64,000 bases of DNA from an uncultured Verrucomicrobiae bacterium (lineage in GTDB: Bacteria; Verrucomicrobiota; Verrucomicrobiia; Chthoniobacterales; JAFAMB01): NCBI GenBank assembly GCA_963837955.1, contig CAWIPH010000002.1, positions 3,520,001 to 3,584,000 on the forward strand. Direction: 5' to 3'. The translations under genes and the position numbers were made by a program. The notes below the pieces were generated by a model. That model saw only the letters and a list, made by a program, of their open reading frames with translations. It ran no database searches and was not told the DNA's origin. Positions 9,566-20,110 of this stretch are shown in pieces (the stretch's first letter is position 1; each line of letters starts with the position of its first letter).

Positions 9566-11037
9566 ATGCCCAGCGAAGAATCGAAACCCGCGCCGGTCGA
9601 CAAACCTGTCGACCCCGACCCTGAAGCACCGCCGAAACCAACGGCCAAACCCGCGCATAGGCGTCGCCGATGGCCGCTCATACTCGGTGTGATTGTGGGT
9701 TGGCGGTGATTTTCGTAGGAATCCCGCGAATAATCCGGGCGTTGAATACTGTCTCAACCGATGACGCGTATGTGAACGGTTACGTGACATTCGTCGCGCC
9801 CCGCGTGATCGGTCAGGTGGCTCGCGTACTGGTCGACGACAATAACCGCGTCAAAACAGGCGACGTCCTCGTAGAACTCGATCCCGAGCCGTATCAAGTG
9901 CAGGTCGCGATCAAACAAGCGACTGTCGATTCCGCTCGAGCCAACTTGGTCGAGGCACAGGCTGCCGTGCGAGGTTTGGTGGGCCAACTGCGGAGCCAGC
10001 GCTTCAAGTTGGCCCGGTCGATCGAAGACGTGGATAATCAAATACAACTCGTGCGGGCGCGGGTGGCCACGTGGGAACAGAGCAAAGCCACTCTGGTGCT
10101 GGCTCAGGCAGAGTTTGACCGGGCAGAGCGCTTGCCCGCGACCAAAGTGATAAGCGCGGAGGAATGGGATCAAAGACGCGAGACCCTGGACGTAGCAAAA
10201 GCGCAAGTCCAGCAGGCACTGGAAAATGTTTATCAGGCGCGCGTCGCTCTTGGCCTGCCTGCCCAACCGCCCGCCGGAACGAACCTGACCGAGGTACCGG
10301 CGGACCTCGACCAGACCTTTTCCTCGGTTCGCCAAGCTCAGGCGGATCTGATCCAAGGCGCCGCGCAACTCGGCGTCGTGGCATCGTCATACGATCAAAC
10401 CCCAAAACAAACGCTGGATGAATTCTATAGGCGTGATCCCGGTGGCAATCTTGACCGAATCTACGCCGACGTTATTAAGAACGCGCCCAGCTTGAAACAG
10501 GCCGAAGCCGCCTTGCTTCAGGCCGAACGGGATCTCGACCAAGCAAAGCTCAATTTGCGTTATTGCACAGTCGTTGCGGAGATCGACGGCGTTGTCACCC
10601 GCCGGAACGTGAACCCCGGCAATAACGTGCAAGTGGGTCAGAGCCTCATGGCCATCCGCTCGCTGCGCGACATTTGGGTGGACGCAAATTTCAAAGAAAC
10701 GCAGCTTCGCAATTTGCGGATCGGTCAACGCGTAGACCTTGAGTTAGACATGTACGGCGGCAAACGGACCTTCGAAGGACGAATCTCGGGTTTCACTATG
10801 GGCACGGGCTCCACTTTGGCGCTGTTGCCAGCGCAGAATGCAACCGGCAACTTCGTGAAAGTGGTGCAGCGCTTGCCAGTCCGGATCGACGTGATGAACT
10901 ACGATTCTGACAAACTGCCGCTCTTTGTTGGTCTCTCCGTCACGCCGACAGTGGATTTGAGAACTGCACCCACCGGCCCGAACGCCGGTAAGTTTCTTCA
11001 GGAATCTACCGAACCGGCTCCGTCCGCAAACCGTTAG
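9566..11037 (+). CDS. emrA: EmrA/HlyD-family membrane fusion protein, apparently frameshifted near 9697-9699
   Basis: STDDAYV, WVDANFKETQL, LLPAQNATGNFVKVVQRLPVRI; AGGAG + ATG at 9566 lies in another frame and joins if one G is added. Confidence 0.85.
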
Positions 11038-11048
11038 CCGCCCGCCCT

Positions 11049-12671
11049 GTGAACGCCGGATTGATTGCCGTCTCTACTCCTGTCGCAACGACCAGCCCGC
11101 GGATCTTTAATCCGTGGCTCGTCGCGCTCGCCGTCGTCGTACCGACTTTCATGGAGGTGCTGGATACCACCATTGCGAACGTAGCTCTGCGCTATATTGC
11201 CGGCGGTCTGTCTGCGACCGTTACCGATAGCGAATGGGTGATCACCAGCTATCTCGCCGCCAATGCTATCATTCTCCCGATCTCCGGCTGGCTAGCTGCA
11301 CATCTCGGTCGCCGCAACTACTTCCTAATATCCATCGCGATCTTTACCATCAGCTCCGCGCTCTGCGGCATGGCCACAAGTCTCGGGCAGCTGATTCTGT
11401 TCCGGGTGATGCAAGGTCTCGCCGGAGGCGGCCTCCAGCCTTCCAGCCAGGGTATTCTGCTCGATACCTTCCCCCCTGAGAAGCAGGGCGCCGCACAGAG
11501 CCTCTTCAGCATCGCCGCTCTGTTCGCTCCAGTCATTGGACCAACCCTCGGGGGCTGGATCACCGACCAATATTCCTGGCGTTGGATCTTCTTGATCAAT
11601 CTTCCCGTGGGCGTCCTGGCCTTGTTCCTCTGCTGGCTCATGGTGCGGGACCCAGAGTATCTGCGCAACCAGCGGACGGAATTGAAGAAGCGGCCGCTGA
11701 ATTTCGACTCCGTCGGTCTCGGGCTCCTCGTACTCACCGTGGCTTGTTGGGAGATCCTGTTGAGTAAAGGACAGGAGTGGGATTGGCTCAGCGACGCCTT
11801 TGGCCGCGTGCAAATATTGGCCGCCTTGTTCGTTCTCGGCGGCGCCGGCTTATTTTTTTGGGAAACGCGTCACCCGAGTCCGATCGTGAATTTCCGGCCA
11901 CTGCGGGACCGTAACCTTGCTATTTCATGCATTATCATTTCCTGCGCCTTCGGAGTCTTATACGGATCAAGCACACAGCTGCCCGCAATGCTGGAATCCC
12001 TCTTCGGCTACGACGCTTTTCACGCCGGACTGGTGCTGTCGCCCGCGGGCATTTTCACAATTCTTGCGATCATCGTCGGAGGTGCGTTGCTGGGCCGCGG
12101 CGTTGACGCGCGTTGGCTGATCGCCGCCGGACTGCTCATCGTCGCCGCTGGGAATTTCTGGATGTCGCAACTGAACCTGGATATCTCTCCCGGGCAGGTA
12201 GTCTGGCCACGCGTCGTGATGGTGGCAGGCTTGGGGTTCGTGTTCGCGCCAATCAATGTCGCCGCCTATCTCTACATCCCGCGCTCCCTGCGCGGTGCCG
12301 CCGTCGGACTCATGGCGTTGCTCCGCAATGAGGGCGGTAGTGTCGGGACTTCAATGGGCCAGACGATCACGGAGCGGCGCGAGATATTCCACGCTCTGCG
12401 TCTCAACGAGAATCTCGATCCATTGAACCCAGCTGTGAACTCCTACGTCGCGCAGGCCCAGCCTGGTTTCCTCCAGCAGACTGGAGATCCTGCCGCAGCG
12501 CAGCAAATGACCTGGCAGTCCCTGGATAACTTGCGCATCCAGCAAGCCTCGGCCCTCTCCTATTTCGATTGTTTCCTGATCTTTGCCGCGGTGGCGGTCG
12601 CGCTCGCCTTTCTGGTGCTGCTAATGAAACGCTCCGTCGCTGAAAAAGGAGCCCACGTCGCTGCGGAATAA
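11049..12671 (+). CDS. emrB: DHA2 (EmrB/QacA) MFS efflux permease
   Basis: FMEVLDTTIANVAL, WVITSYL, GPTLGGWITD, WRWIFLINLPVG. Confidence 0.93.
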   Translation: MNAGLIAVSTPVATTSPRIFNPWLVALAVVVPTFMEVLDTTIANVALRYIAGGLSATVTDSEWVITSYLAANAIILPISGWLAAHLGRRNYFLISIAIFTISSALCGMATSLGQLILFRVMQGLAGGGLQPSSQGILLDTFPPEKQGAAQSLFSIAALFAPVIGPTLGGWITDQYSWRWIFLINLPVGVLALFLCWLMVRDPEYLRNQRTELKKRPLNFDSVGLGLLVLTVACWEILLSKGQEWDWLSDAFGRVQILAALFVLGGAGLFFWETRHPSPIVNFRPLRDRNLAISCIIISCAFGVLYGSSTQLPAMLESLFGYDAFHAGLVLSPAGIFTILAIIVGGALLGRGVDARWLIAAGLLIVAAGNFWMSQLNLDISPGQVVWPRVVMVAGLGFVFAPINVAAYLYIPRSLRGAAVGLMALLRNEGGSVGTSMGQTITERREIFHALRLNENLDPLNPAVNSYVAQAQPGFLQQTGDPAAAQQMTWQSLDNLRIQQASALSYFDCFLIFAAVAVALAFLVLLMKRSVAEKGAHVAAE

Positions 12672-12690
12672 AGGGACAGGTATTCGGTTG

Positions 12691-12825
12691 ATGGAGGGGA
12701 TCACGCCATCGGTCGTGATCCCGACGCCCGATCAAATGGCGAAATTGCTTAAGCTTGCCGAAGTGTTCGGCATCAAGATTATTGCTCCTCCCGAGCCGCC
12801 GCAAGCGTCAAACGAGCCTGGATGA
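12691..12825 (+). pseudogene. 44-aa ORF or 3' gene remnant (MEGITPSVVIPTPDQMAKLLKLAEVFGIKIIAPPEPPQASNEPG*)
   Basis: Open frame resembling, from memory, the C-terminal tail of cupin-domain proteins. Confidence 0.4.
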
Positions 12826-12949
12826 TAGGAGCGACACTGCCCCCGATCTCAGCCAGCGATCAAACGATTCCCCATTTTCTATTCCTGTCTCCGGACCGTC
12901 TCTATCCAGTTTACGTCGATTGACCTCATGTATAAGATATCTGGTTTTT

Positions 12950-14563
12950 ATGCCCGTTATGTTGAGCACGGTGCGGTGGAAAGACGTTGCGCCTGTATGC
13001 GTAAGCCTCTTCCTGCTTGGCTCCCTTTTTTGGGTGAATCCTGCCCCAGCTGAGCTAGCCGGAAGCACGAGTTTTGTAGAGGAACAAGGAGTTCAGCTTC
13101 GCAAAAAAGGATTCTCGTTAGGCGAGCAACATCAAATAGAGGCAGCCACAGAAGCATTCTTGGAGAGTCGCCAACTATTCGAAGAACTGGCCAAAGAGGA
13201 TCCGTCGAATGCCCGGTACAGCGCTGATGCGGCTCTCACGCTGGAATCAATGGGGGATATGCTGATCGGCAATGAGCAATTCGAGCGGGCCTCGAAATGT
13301 TATCAAGAAAGTTGTGAGTTACGGAAGCAGCTGTCGGCAAAAGAACCGTCCGACGTCGACCGGCTGCATGAGCTGGCGGTCAGCTTCGCTAAGATTGGAC
13401 GAGCGGCCTTTCTCCGGAAGCAATACGAGGAAGCAACTCGATTTTATGACCAGGCTTGCCAGACCTACAGTCAACTCACTCAATTGGATTCGGGAAACGT
13501 GGAGTGGCCTCGCGGGTTAGCCTCGAACGAATATTGGGTTGGCGAATCGGCGATTAGCTTAAATCAGATCGACAAGGGACTTGCCGGGTTTCAGCAAGTG
13601 TTGGCAGCTGTTCGCCTACTTTCCGGTTCCAAGGTCGGCGAAACTCAATGGATTAGAGAGCTAGCGGTTAATTTGGACGCTGTCGCCAGTCTGCTGGCAC
13701 AACGTGGTGAAACCAACGGGGGAGGCCAAATTTTCGAATTATCCCGCGACATCCGACGTTGGTTAGCTCAACGCGATCAGTCTAATATTGAATTCCAAAG
13801 CGATCTCGCTCTGAGCCTTGGCAACATTGCCGGCGTATTGACTGCGCAGGACAAGATGGATGAGGCGCTGGCGGAATATCAGCAGTCGGCACGCATCCTT
13901 CGTTCCATCACCGCGCAAAAACCGGATGATTTCAAAGATCGGATGGCTTTGGCCGAAGTTTTGGAGGCGCTGGGCGATGTCTTGCAGACGCGCCAAAAAC
14001 ACGACGACGCGTTAGCTGATTATCAAGAAAGCCGGAAACTCTTCGCGGAAGTCGCGGGCGCAACTTCCACGAACGTAGCCCTGTTGAAGGAGCGAGTTGG
14101 TTTATTGAAACGTTTGTCGCAGCTGCTCACTTTTCAGAGTCGATTCGATCTAGCATTGGCGGCTTGGCAGGAAAATACCGATCTATTGCAACAGCTCGCG
14201 GAAGCCGATACCGATGATCCCGAATGGAACCGAGAACTGACGGTGGCTTGGGAAGGAATAGGTTATATCTTTTCCCTCCAGCAGAAGCTGGCAGACGCAA
14301 TCGCAGCCTACCAGAAGGCGGCAGCTATTCTGGAAAAACTCAAAACGGCGGATCCTAACAATTCCGAGTTCGAGGAGAGTCGGGCCGGGACAGAACTCAC
14401 CATCGCCAAACTGCTCTTGAGCAAAGGGGACACAGACGCTGCTCATGCCGCGTTCAAGGCTACCAGCGATGCTCTTTTTGAATTAAGCCAACACGGTCGC
14501 TTAGACGATCAGGGTCGCAAATGGCTGGAAGAAGCAGATGCGCGACTCCGGCAACCGTTTTAA
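12950..14563 (+). CDS. Exported TPR-repeat protein
   Basis: Signal-like N-terminus, then repeated 'EA...YQES..L...L...DP.N.EW.RELAV' units; start 12950 or 12959. Confidence 0.8.
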   Translation: MPVMLSTVRWKDVAPVCVSLFLLGSLFWVNPAPAELAGSTSFVEEQGVQLRKKGFSLGEQHQIEAATEAFLESRQLFEELAKEDPSNARYSADAALTLESMGDMLIGNEQFERASKCYQESCELRKQLSAKEPSDVDRLHELAVSFAKIGRAAFLRKQYEEATRFYDQACQTYSQLTQLDSGNVEWPRGLASNEYWVGESAISLNQIDKGLAGFQQVLAAVRLLSGSKVGETQWIRELAVNLDAVASLLAQRGETNGGGQIFELSRDIRRWLAQRDQSNIEFQSDLALSLGNIAGVLTAQDKMDEALAEYQQSARILRSITAQKPDDFKDRMALAEVLEALGDVLQTRQKHDDALADYQESRKLFAEVAGATSTNVALLKERVGLLKRLSQLLTFQSRFDLALAAWQENTDLLQQLAEADTDDPEWNRELTVAWEGIGYIFSLQQKLADAIAAYQKAAAILEKLKTADPNNSEFEESRAGTELTIAKLLLSKGDTDAAHAAFKATSDALFELSQHGRLDDQGRKWLEEADARLRQPF

Positions 14564-14571
14564 ATTGCTGG

Positions 14572-14699
14572 GCGCGGAGGGGCGTTGCTTGCAACGCCCG
14601 GGAATAGTCCAGAGTTAGAACACAGCTAGCGGACCTTCTCTCGATACCTCGGTGCGCGTTGGATCGTTCCCGGGCGTCGCGAGCGACGCCCCTCCGCGC
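14572..14699. repeat. Inverted pair of GGAG-type REP palindromes (REPIN-like)
   Basis: 33-nt arms 14572-14604 and 14667-14699 are reverse complements with 3 mismatches; each arm is itself a hairpin. Confidence 0.8.
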
Positions 14700-14738
14700 G
14701 CTCACCTGGCCTTGTGCGCAGTCGCGGGGAACGTCGCT

Positions 14739-15758
14739 CTACGGGATTGCAAACTCGATCACGATTTTCCCGAAATGTGAGCCGGTTTCCATATAACGGA
14801 AAGCGTCAGCAGCTTCCGCAAAGGGAAAAACCTTATCCACAACCGGATGGATCCGATTCTGTTCAAGGGCGCGATTCATCTCTTCAAACATTTCTCGGCT
14901 GCCAACGTAGATTCCGGACACGGTTAGCCCCTTGGGAACGATCGAGAAGATTTCAGTGCTCATTTCTCTCCCAGCCAGAATCCCGATCAATCCGATATGT
15001 CCGTTGGGCCGGCAAGCTCGCACTGATTGGAGAAATGTTCCCGCGCCTCCTACTTCGATGACCTGATCAACACCGTCAGTGCCAGACAGGCGGGCCGCCT
15101 CTTTTCCCCAATCTTTAGTAGCCTTGTAATTGATGCACTCGTCCGCACCGGGCTCTCGCGCACGTTGCAGCTTTGCATCGCTGCTCGATGTAATGATCGC
15201 TTTCGCTCCACCCGCTTTCGCAAACTGCAAACCAAAAATCGAAACGCCGCCTGTCCCGAGCAAGAGAACACTTTCTCCGGCCGCCAGCTTCCCACGTACA
15301 ACCAGAGACTGCCAAGCCGTTAGCCCGGCACACGGCAATGTCGCCGCTTCGATTAAAGTCAGATAACTCGGTACTGGCACTACGCCCTCCTCCGAGAAGG
15401 CAACGAGCTCTGCCAGCACGCCATCGATCGAACCGCCTAGCGCGGTCTTGTGAAATTCCGGACGAAATCGCCCGGAAATCCAGCCCTGAAAAAAACAACC
15501 GGCCACGCGATCGCCTGCCTTGAATCGCGTCACCTCCGAACCGACAGAGATCACCTCTCCGGCTCCGTCCGACAAAGGGATTCGGCCAGGCTGGGGAACT
15601 CGATCGTATTGTCCACGCAATACGAGCAAGTCCCGATAATTGAGGGAAGCAGCGTGCATGCGCACTAATACCTGACGCGGACCAATTTTGGGCTCCGGCC
15701 GATCGGTAACTTTCAACCCTTTCACGTCGCCAAATTCCTCAATCGCGTAGGCTTTCAT
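14739..15758 (-). CDS. NAD(P)-dependent MDR-family alcohol dehydrogenase/quinone reductase
   Basis: SLNYRD, PLSDGAGEV, LPCAGLTAW, GTGGVS, HFGKIVI. Confidence 0.92.
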   Translation of the reverse strand: MKAYAIEEFGDVKGLKVTDRPEPKIGPRQVLVRMHAASLNYRDLLVLRGQYDRVPQPGRIPLSDGAGEVISVGSEVTRFKAGDRVAGCFFQGWISGRFRPEFHKTALGGSIDGVLAELVAFSEEGVVPVPSYLTLIEAATLPCAGLTAWQSLVVRGKLAAGESVLLLGTGGVSIFGLQFAKAGGAKAIITSSSDAKLQRAREPGADECINYKATKDWGKEAARLSGTDGVDQVIEVGGAGTFLQSVRACRPNGHIGLIGILAGREMSTEIFSIVPKGLTVSGIYVGSREMFEEMNRALEQNRIHPVVDKVFPFAEAADAFRYMETGSHFGKIVIEFAIP

Positions 15759-15862
15759 GGGGAGTTCAGTATATCCGTCCGCGACTTCGCGCGAAGAAAT
15801 TCAACTTATGGGACTTAGGAGTCCCATAGGACACATAGGAAAGGAAAAACCCGACTTCGCCC

Positions 15863-15894
15863 ACTTGTCGCGCCGTAGGCCCGGCGAAGGCGGA
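15863..15894 (+). repeat. Short-loop member of the GTCCGnC..AGC/GCGAnGnCGGA hairpin family
   Basis: cttgtcgcgccgtagg-ccc-ggcgaaggcgga; similar ends to the cassettes at 28952, 52990 and 57926. Confidence 0.5.
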
Positions 15895-15952
15895 AAGCTT
15901 ACGCCGCGACCAGCACCAGTTCGACGCTTGCGGAAACCTCACTCCGGACCAC

Positions 15953-17140
15953 TTAACTCAACTCGAACTCTTCTTTGACTCTGGCAAACGCGTCGATAGC
16001 CGTCTGCAGATCGCTCTTGCTGTGAGCAGCAGAAACTTGGGTGCGAATCCTGGCCGTACCTTTCGGAACCACGGGATAAAAGAAGCCGATCACGTAAATC
16101 CCTAATTGCAAAAGCCGGTTGGCGACCTGTTGCGACAATGCTGCGTCACCGATCATTACCGGGACGATGGGATGGGTCCCGGGTCGAATGGTCAACCCAT
16201 GATCCAGCAAACCAGAGCGGAAGAATTGCGTATGCGATTCCAATCTGTCTCGGAGGTCGGTTGAGCGAGAAGCGATCTCGATCGCCTTGAGCGAAGCCGC
16301 GACGATGCTCGGTGTGAGGCTATTAGAAAAAAGGTAGGGACGAGATCGCTGGCGCAGCAGTTCGACGATGCCTTTGCGCCCAGTCGTGTATCCTCCGCTT
16401 CCGCCACCTAACGCTTTACCCAAGGTGCCGGTAATTATGTCGACTCGATCCATCACACCACAATGTTCGGGTGTGCCCCGTCCGGTCTTACCCAGAAAAC
16501 CGGCAGCATGGCATTCATCCACCATAACCAAGGCTCTATAGCGTTCCGCCAAGTCGCAAATCGCCGAAAGATTAGCGATTGTTCCATCCATCGAAAATAC
16601 GCCGTCCGTGGCAACCATGCGAAACCGAGCCGGTTGAGCTTCCACTAGCTTCGCTTCCAGGTCGCTCATATCGTTGTGCTTGTAACGGAACCGATTTGCC
16701 TTGCACAAACGGATGCCGTCGATAATCGACGCGTGATTTAACTCGTCGCTAATGACCGCGTCCTCAGCGCCGAGGAGAGTCTCGAATAACCCGCCGTTGG
16801 CGTCGAAACAACTGCTATACAAGATCGTATCACCGGTCTGATGAAATCGGGTAAGAGCCGCTTCGAGCTCTTTGTGGATTTCCTGGGTGCCGCAAATGAA
16901 ACGCACCGAGGCCAACCCAAAACCCCATTGGTCCAACGCTTTCCGGGCCGCTTCAACGACCTCGGGGTGATCTGCCAAACCGAGATAATTGTTTGCGCAA
17001 AAATTTAAAACTTCTTTCCCGTCGGTGGTTCGGATATGCGCCCGCTGCGGCGTACTCAGCAAGCGTTCGGTCTTAAACAAACCTTGGGTCCGGATCGATT
17101 GGAGCTGTTCCTCGAGATGACTTTGAAAGCCGTCCAACAT
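15953..17140 (-). CDS. kbl: 2-amino-3-ketobutyrate CoA ligase (glycine C-acetyltransferase)
   Basis: [38 protein letters not shown]; next to tdh. Confidence 0.97.
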   Translation of the reverse strand: MLDGFQSHLEEQLQSIRTQGLFKTERLLSTPQRAHIRTTDGKEVLNFCANNYLGLADHPEVVEAARKALDQWGFGLASVRFICGTQEIHKELEAALTRFHQTGDTILYSSCFDANGGLFETLLGAEDAVISDELNHASIIDGIRLCKANRFRYKHNDMSDLEAKLVEAQPARFRMVATDGVFSMDGTIANLSAICDLAERYRALVMVDECHAAGFLGKTGRGTPEHCGVMDRVDIITGTLGKALGGGSGGYTTGRKGIVELLRQRSRPYLFSNSLTPSIVAASLKAIEIASRSTDLRDRLESHTQFFRSGLLDHGLTIRPGTHPIVPVMIGDAALSQQVANRLLQLGIYVIGFFYPVVPKGTARIRTQVSAAHSKSDLQTAIDAFARVKEEFELS

Positions 17141-17182
17141 AGCAAGAGAGAATATAGGAGTTAGGAGCTAGTGGTCGTCGCT

Positions 17183-17421
17183 AATTGGTGATCGGTGATT
17201 AGTGATTGGTGATTGGTAATCAGCCCGGAAAATTGCGTGTGAAACAAACTGATCCATCTGTACTGCTTACTGCTTACTGCTTACTGCTTACTGCTTACTG
17301 CTTACTGCTTACTGCTTACTGCTTACTCTCTACCGATCACCAATCACAGATCACCAATCACAGATCACCAATCACAGATCACTAATCACTGATCACTGAT
17401 CACTGATCACTGATCACCAAT
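17183..17421. repeat. Heptamer-period tract: TGATTGG-like units (17183-17220), 9x TACTGCT (17261-17323), then CACCAAT/CACAGAT/CACTGAT units to 17421
   Basis: Read directly; 7-nt phase is unbroken from 17261 to 17421. Confidence 0.93.
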
Positions 17422-17427
17422 GAACGA

Positions 17428-18465
17428 CTAGGACCAGTTCAAAACCACCTTGCCCGATTGTCCTCCCCGCATTAGAGCAAACGCTTCTTCGTACTCCGTG
17501 TATGGAAAACGATGGGTTATGACAGGCGTAATATCGAGTCCTGACTGAATCATCGACGTCATTTTGTACCAGGTTTCGTACATTTCACGCCCGTAGATGC
17601 CTTTGATTGTTAGCCCGTTAAATACAACCAAATCCCAGTCGATAGCAGCCTCTTTTGCCTGAATGCCGAGAAGGGCAATCTTACCCCCATGACACATCGC
17701 TCCCAGCATGTCGTTGAGAGCACGGCCGTTGCCGGACATTTCTAGACCAACATCAAAGCCTTCCTTCATGCCGAGGGTCTCCATCACTTGCTGCAGATTT
17801 TGCGCACGTACATCGCAGGCAACGGTCGCCCCCAAGCGTTTCCCGAGCTCCAAGCGGTAGGGATTGACGTCGGTGATCACTACATGGCGGGCGCCAGCAT
17901 GTTTCGCGATAGCCACAGCCATTATTCCGATTGGGCCGGCGCCGGTAATCAACACATCTTCGCCGAGCACATCAAAAGAGAGAGCGGTGTGTACGGCATT
18001 TCCCAAGGGATCGAAACAGGAGAGCACATCGAGCGGAATCTTCGGATCAGCTGACCAGACATTAGTCTCCGGAATCGCCACATACTCGGCAAAAGCACCA
18101 GGCCGATTCACCCCGACGCCACTGGTTTTGTTACAGAGGTGCCGGCGACCGGCCAAACAGTTTCGGCAGCGTCCACAAACCAGGTGCCCTTCGCCGGTCA
18201 CGAGCATGCCGGGATGGAAGTCGTGCACGTGAGAGCCCACCGATTCTATCATTCCGACAAATTCGTGTCCGATCACCATCGGAGTGGGAATCGTTTTCTG
18301 AGCCCAGGAATCCCACTCGTAAATGTGGACATCGGTTCCGCAAATGGACGAGCGCTGCACGCGGATGAGCACGTCAAATTCGCCGATCTCGGGAATCGGC
18401 ACACTGTCCAGGGATAAACCGGGCGCGCGATCTTTCTTTACCAGCGCCTTCATTTTCTGCGTCAT
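17428..18465 (-). CDS. tdh: L-threonine 3-dehydrogenase
   Basis: [23 protein letters not shown] zinc site, [14 protein letters not shown]. Confidence 0.97.
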   Translation of the reverse strand: MTQKMKALVKKDRAPGLSLDSVPIPEIGEFDVLIRVQRSSICGTDVHIYEWDSWAQKTIPTPMVIGHEFVGMIESVGSHVHDFHPGMLVTGEGHLVCGRCRNCLAGRRHLCNKTSGVGVNRPGAFAEYVAIPETNVWSADPKIPLDVLSCFDPLGNAVHTALSFDVLGEDVLITGAGPIGIMAVAIAKHAGARHVVITDVNPYRLELGKRLGATVACDVRAQNLQQVMETLGMKEGFDVGLEMSGNGRALNDMLGAMCHGGKIALLGIQAKEAAIDWDLVVFNGLTIKGIYGREMYETWYKMTSMIQSGLDITPVITHRFPYTEYEEAFALMRGGQSGKVVLNWS

Positions 18466-18601
18466 GGGTCAAATTGGATAAGGGGTGAAACCTTCCTCAA
18501 CTCCTTCTTTTCGCAAGTTTCGGGCTTTTGTTTGGCGGTTTGCCATCACCCTTCGGTAGCGGCGATTGTCCGCCTGGGAAGGATATGCGCCGAGAGGAGT
18601 C

Positions 18602-18825
18602 GTCCCGGAGGGACTCAATGAAAGTAGCCCAGTACGAAGTGCTGGGGTGGTTAAAAAAAACGACGCGTCCCGGAGGGACGAACGACGGCGGCATACCTGG
18701 TGAAGCTGCATACGAGGGGACCAGGAGCCAAAACATTTCTATCGTCCCTGGCGGGACGGACCCCTCTTTTTGCACCATTTCCCAGCACTTCGTACTGGGC
18801 TATTTTCATCTGGTCCCTCCGGGAC
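18602..18825. repeat. Nested palindromic non-autonomous element (GTCCCGGAGGGAC family)
   Basis: About 45-nt terminal inverted repeats at 18602-18646 and 18781-18825; inner inverted copies near 18666-18681 and 18742-18758. Confidence 0.85.
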
Positions 18826-18974
18826 CAACCCTCTTCGGATACTTTTAAGCCTTCTAGTCGGCGCGCATGCGCGACAGCGGCACGGCCAGCTTAGATGGGT
18901 TCGTAGTTAGTTAAACACCGCCCCCGGAAATCCGTTTTGCTCCCCGCTCCTCACGCGTTATCCTTTCCCCCCAA

Positions 18975-19478
18975 ATGCGGCTGCTAGCTATTGATCCTGC
19001 TCTGCGAAAATCCGGATTTGCAATCTTGGAAAAAGAAGGAAGAACCATTCGGTCGCTTGCTTACGGAGTCATTCGCAACAATACAGAGCTTTCGCTGACC
19101 CAATGCTTGTTAGAAATTCATCGACAGACCAATGATCTCATCGCGCAGTACCTGCCGGAATGCTGCGCCGTTGAAAGCGTGATTTTTGTCCAAAACTCTA
19201 GAACGGCCGTCACGTTGGGTGCGGCTCGCGGTTCTGCTTTATTAGCGGCGGCGCAGCATGGCTTGTCCATATTTGAGTATGCCCCCCGGCGAGTGAAACA
19301 AGCGGTGGTTGGTCGAGGAGCAGCTCAGAAAGCACAAGTTGGATTTATGGTCCGAGCTTTACTCAGTTTGCCTGAAACGCCTGAACCGGACGCTGCCGAC
19401 GCGCTAGCTATTGGACTCACTCACCTCCAAATGGAAGACTCGGTCATTACCCGTCGGCCACTGACGCGTAGCTTATGA
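18975..19478 (+). CDS. ruvC: Holliday junction resolvase
   Basis: LAIDP, AVE, LGAARG, EYAP..VKQAVVGRGAAQKAQV, DAADALAI. Confidence 0.95.
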   Translation: MRLLAIDPALRKSGFAILEKEGRTIRSLAYGVIRNNTELSLTQCLLEIHRQTNDLIAQYLPECCAVESVIFVQNSRTAVTLGAARGSALLAAAQHGLSIFEYAPRRVKQAVVGRGAAQKAQVGFMVRALLSLPETPEPDAADALAIGLTHLQMEDSVITRRPLTRSL

Positions 19479-20110
19479 CTATTCGTCCCATCGATCGAAT
19501 CAGTTTCTCGGCAGCGCTGGAACTCCAAATTGAGGCCCTGGAAAAATGCTGGTCGACCGGAGAAGAGACTCTTTTTCTGCTCGAGCACGATCCGGTTTAT
19601 ACCATCGGACGGCTTCCTGATAAATCGAGCCTGGGCCGGCTGCAACGACTCCCCTATCCGGTTCACGAAATTAATCGAGGAGGACAAGCCACCTATCATG
19701 GACCTGGACAATTGGTCGGCTATCCCGTGATCGATCTGCGAAAAAGAGGGAAAGATCTGCATCGCTTTTTGCGAACTCTGGAACAAGCAGTAATCCGGCT
19801 GGTTGAAGCGTTCCATCTGCCCGCCCGACGCGAAGAGGGAAAAACCGGCGTTTGGGTCGAGGACCGGAAAATCGCGTCGATCGGCGTCGGCGTTCGTCGA
19901 TGGATCACCATGCACGGCTTTGCGTTGAATGTGTCATCTGACCTTACCGGGTTTCAGTACATTACTCCATGTGGACTCACCGGTGTCCGAATGACCTCCC
20001 TGAGTCTGGAAACCGGAACGGAAGTCTCAATGCAAGTGGCTCGGGAATTGGCTTCTCGGATCATTACCGAGGAGCTTGCCGTGCACCAGTTTAGCGATTT
20101 GATCTCCTGA
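19475..20110 (+). CDS. lipB: Octanoyltransferase
   Basis: LEHDPVYT.G, RGGQATYHGPGQLVGYP, KIASIG, HGFALNV, PCG. Confidence 0.96.
   Translation: MTIRPIDRISFSAALELQIEALEKCWSTGEETLFLLEHDPVYTIGRLPDKSSLGRLQRLPYPVHEINRGGQATYHGPGQLVGYPVIDLRKRGKDLHRFLRTLEQAVIRLVEAFHLPARREEGKTGVWVEDRKIASIGVGVRRWITMHGFALNVSSDLTGFQYITPCGLTGVRMTSLSLETGTEVSMQVARELASRIITEELAVHQFSDLIS

Noticed and set aside
12755..12949. Long N-terminal extensions in the ORF track (also 2919, 25225, 38686, 57920, 6537)
   Set aside because: Better starts lie downstream; the extensions overlap neighbours or repeats and look non-protein-like
18469..18894. Several 60-106 aa ORFs between tdh and ruvC
   Set aside because: They overlap the palindromic element and have no protein motifs
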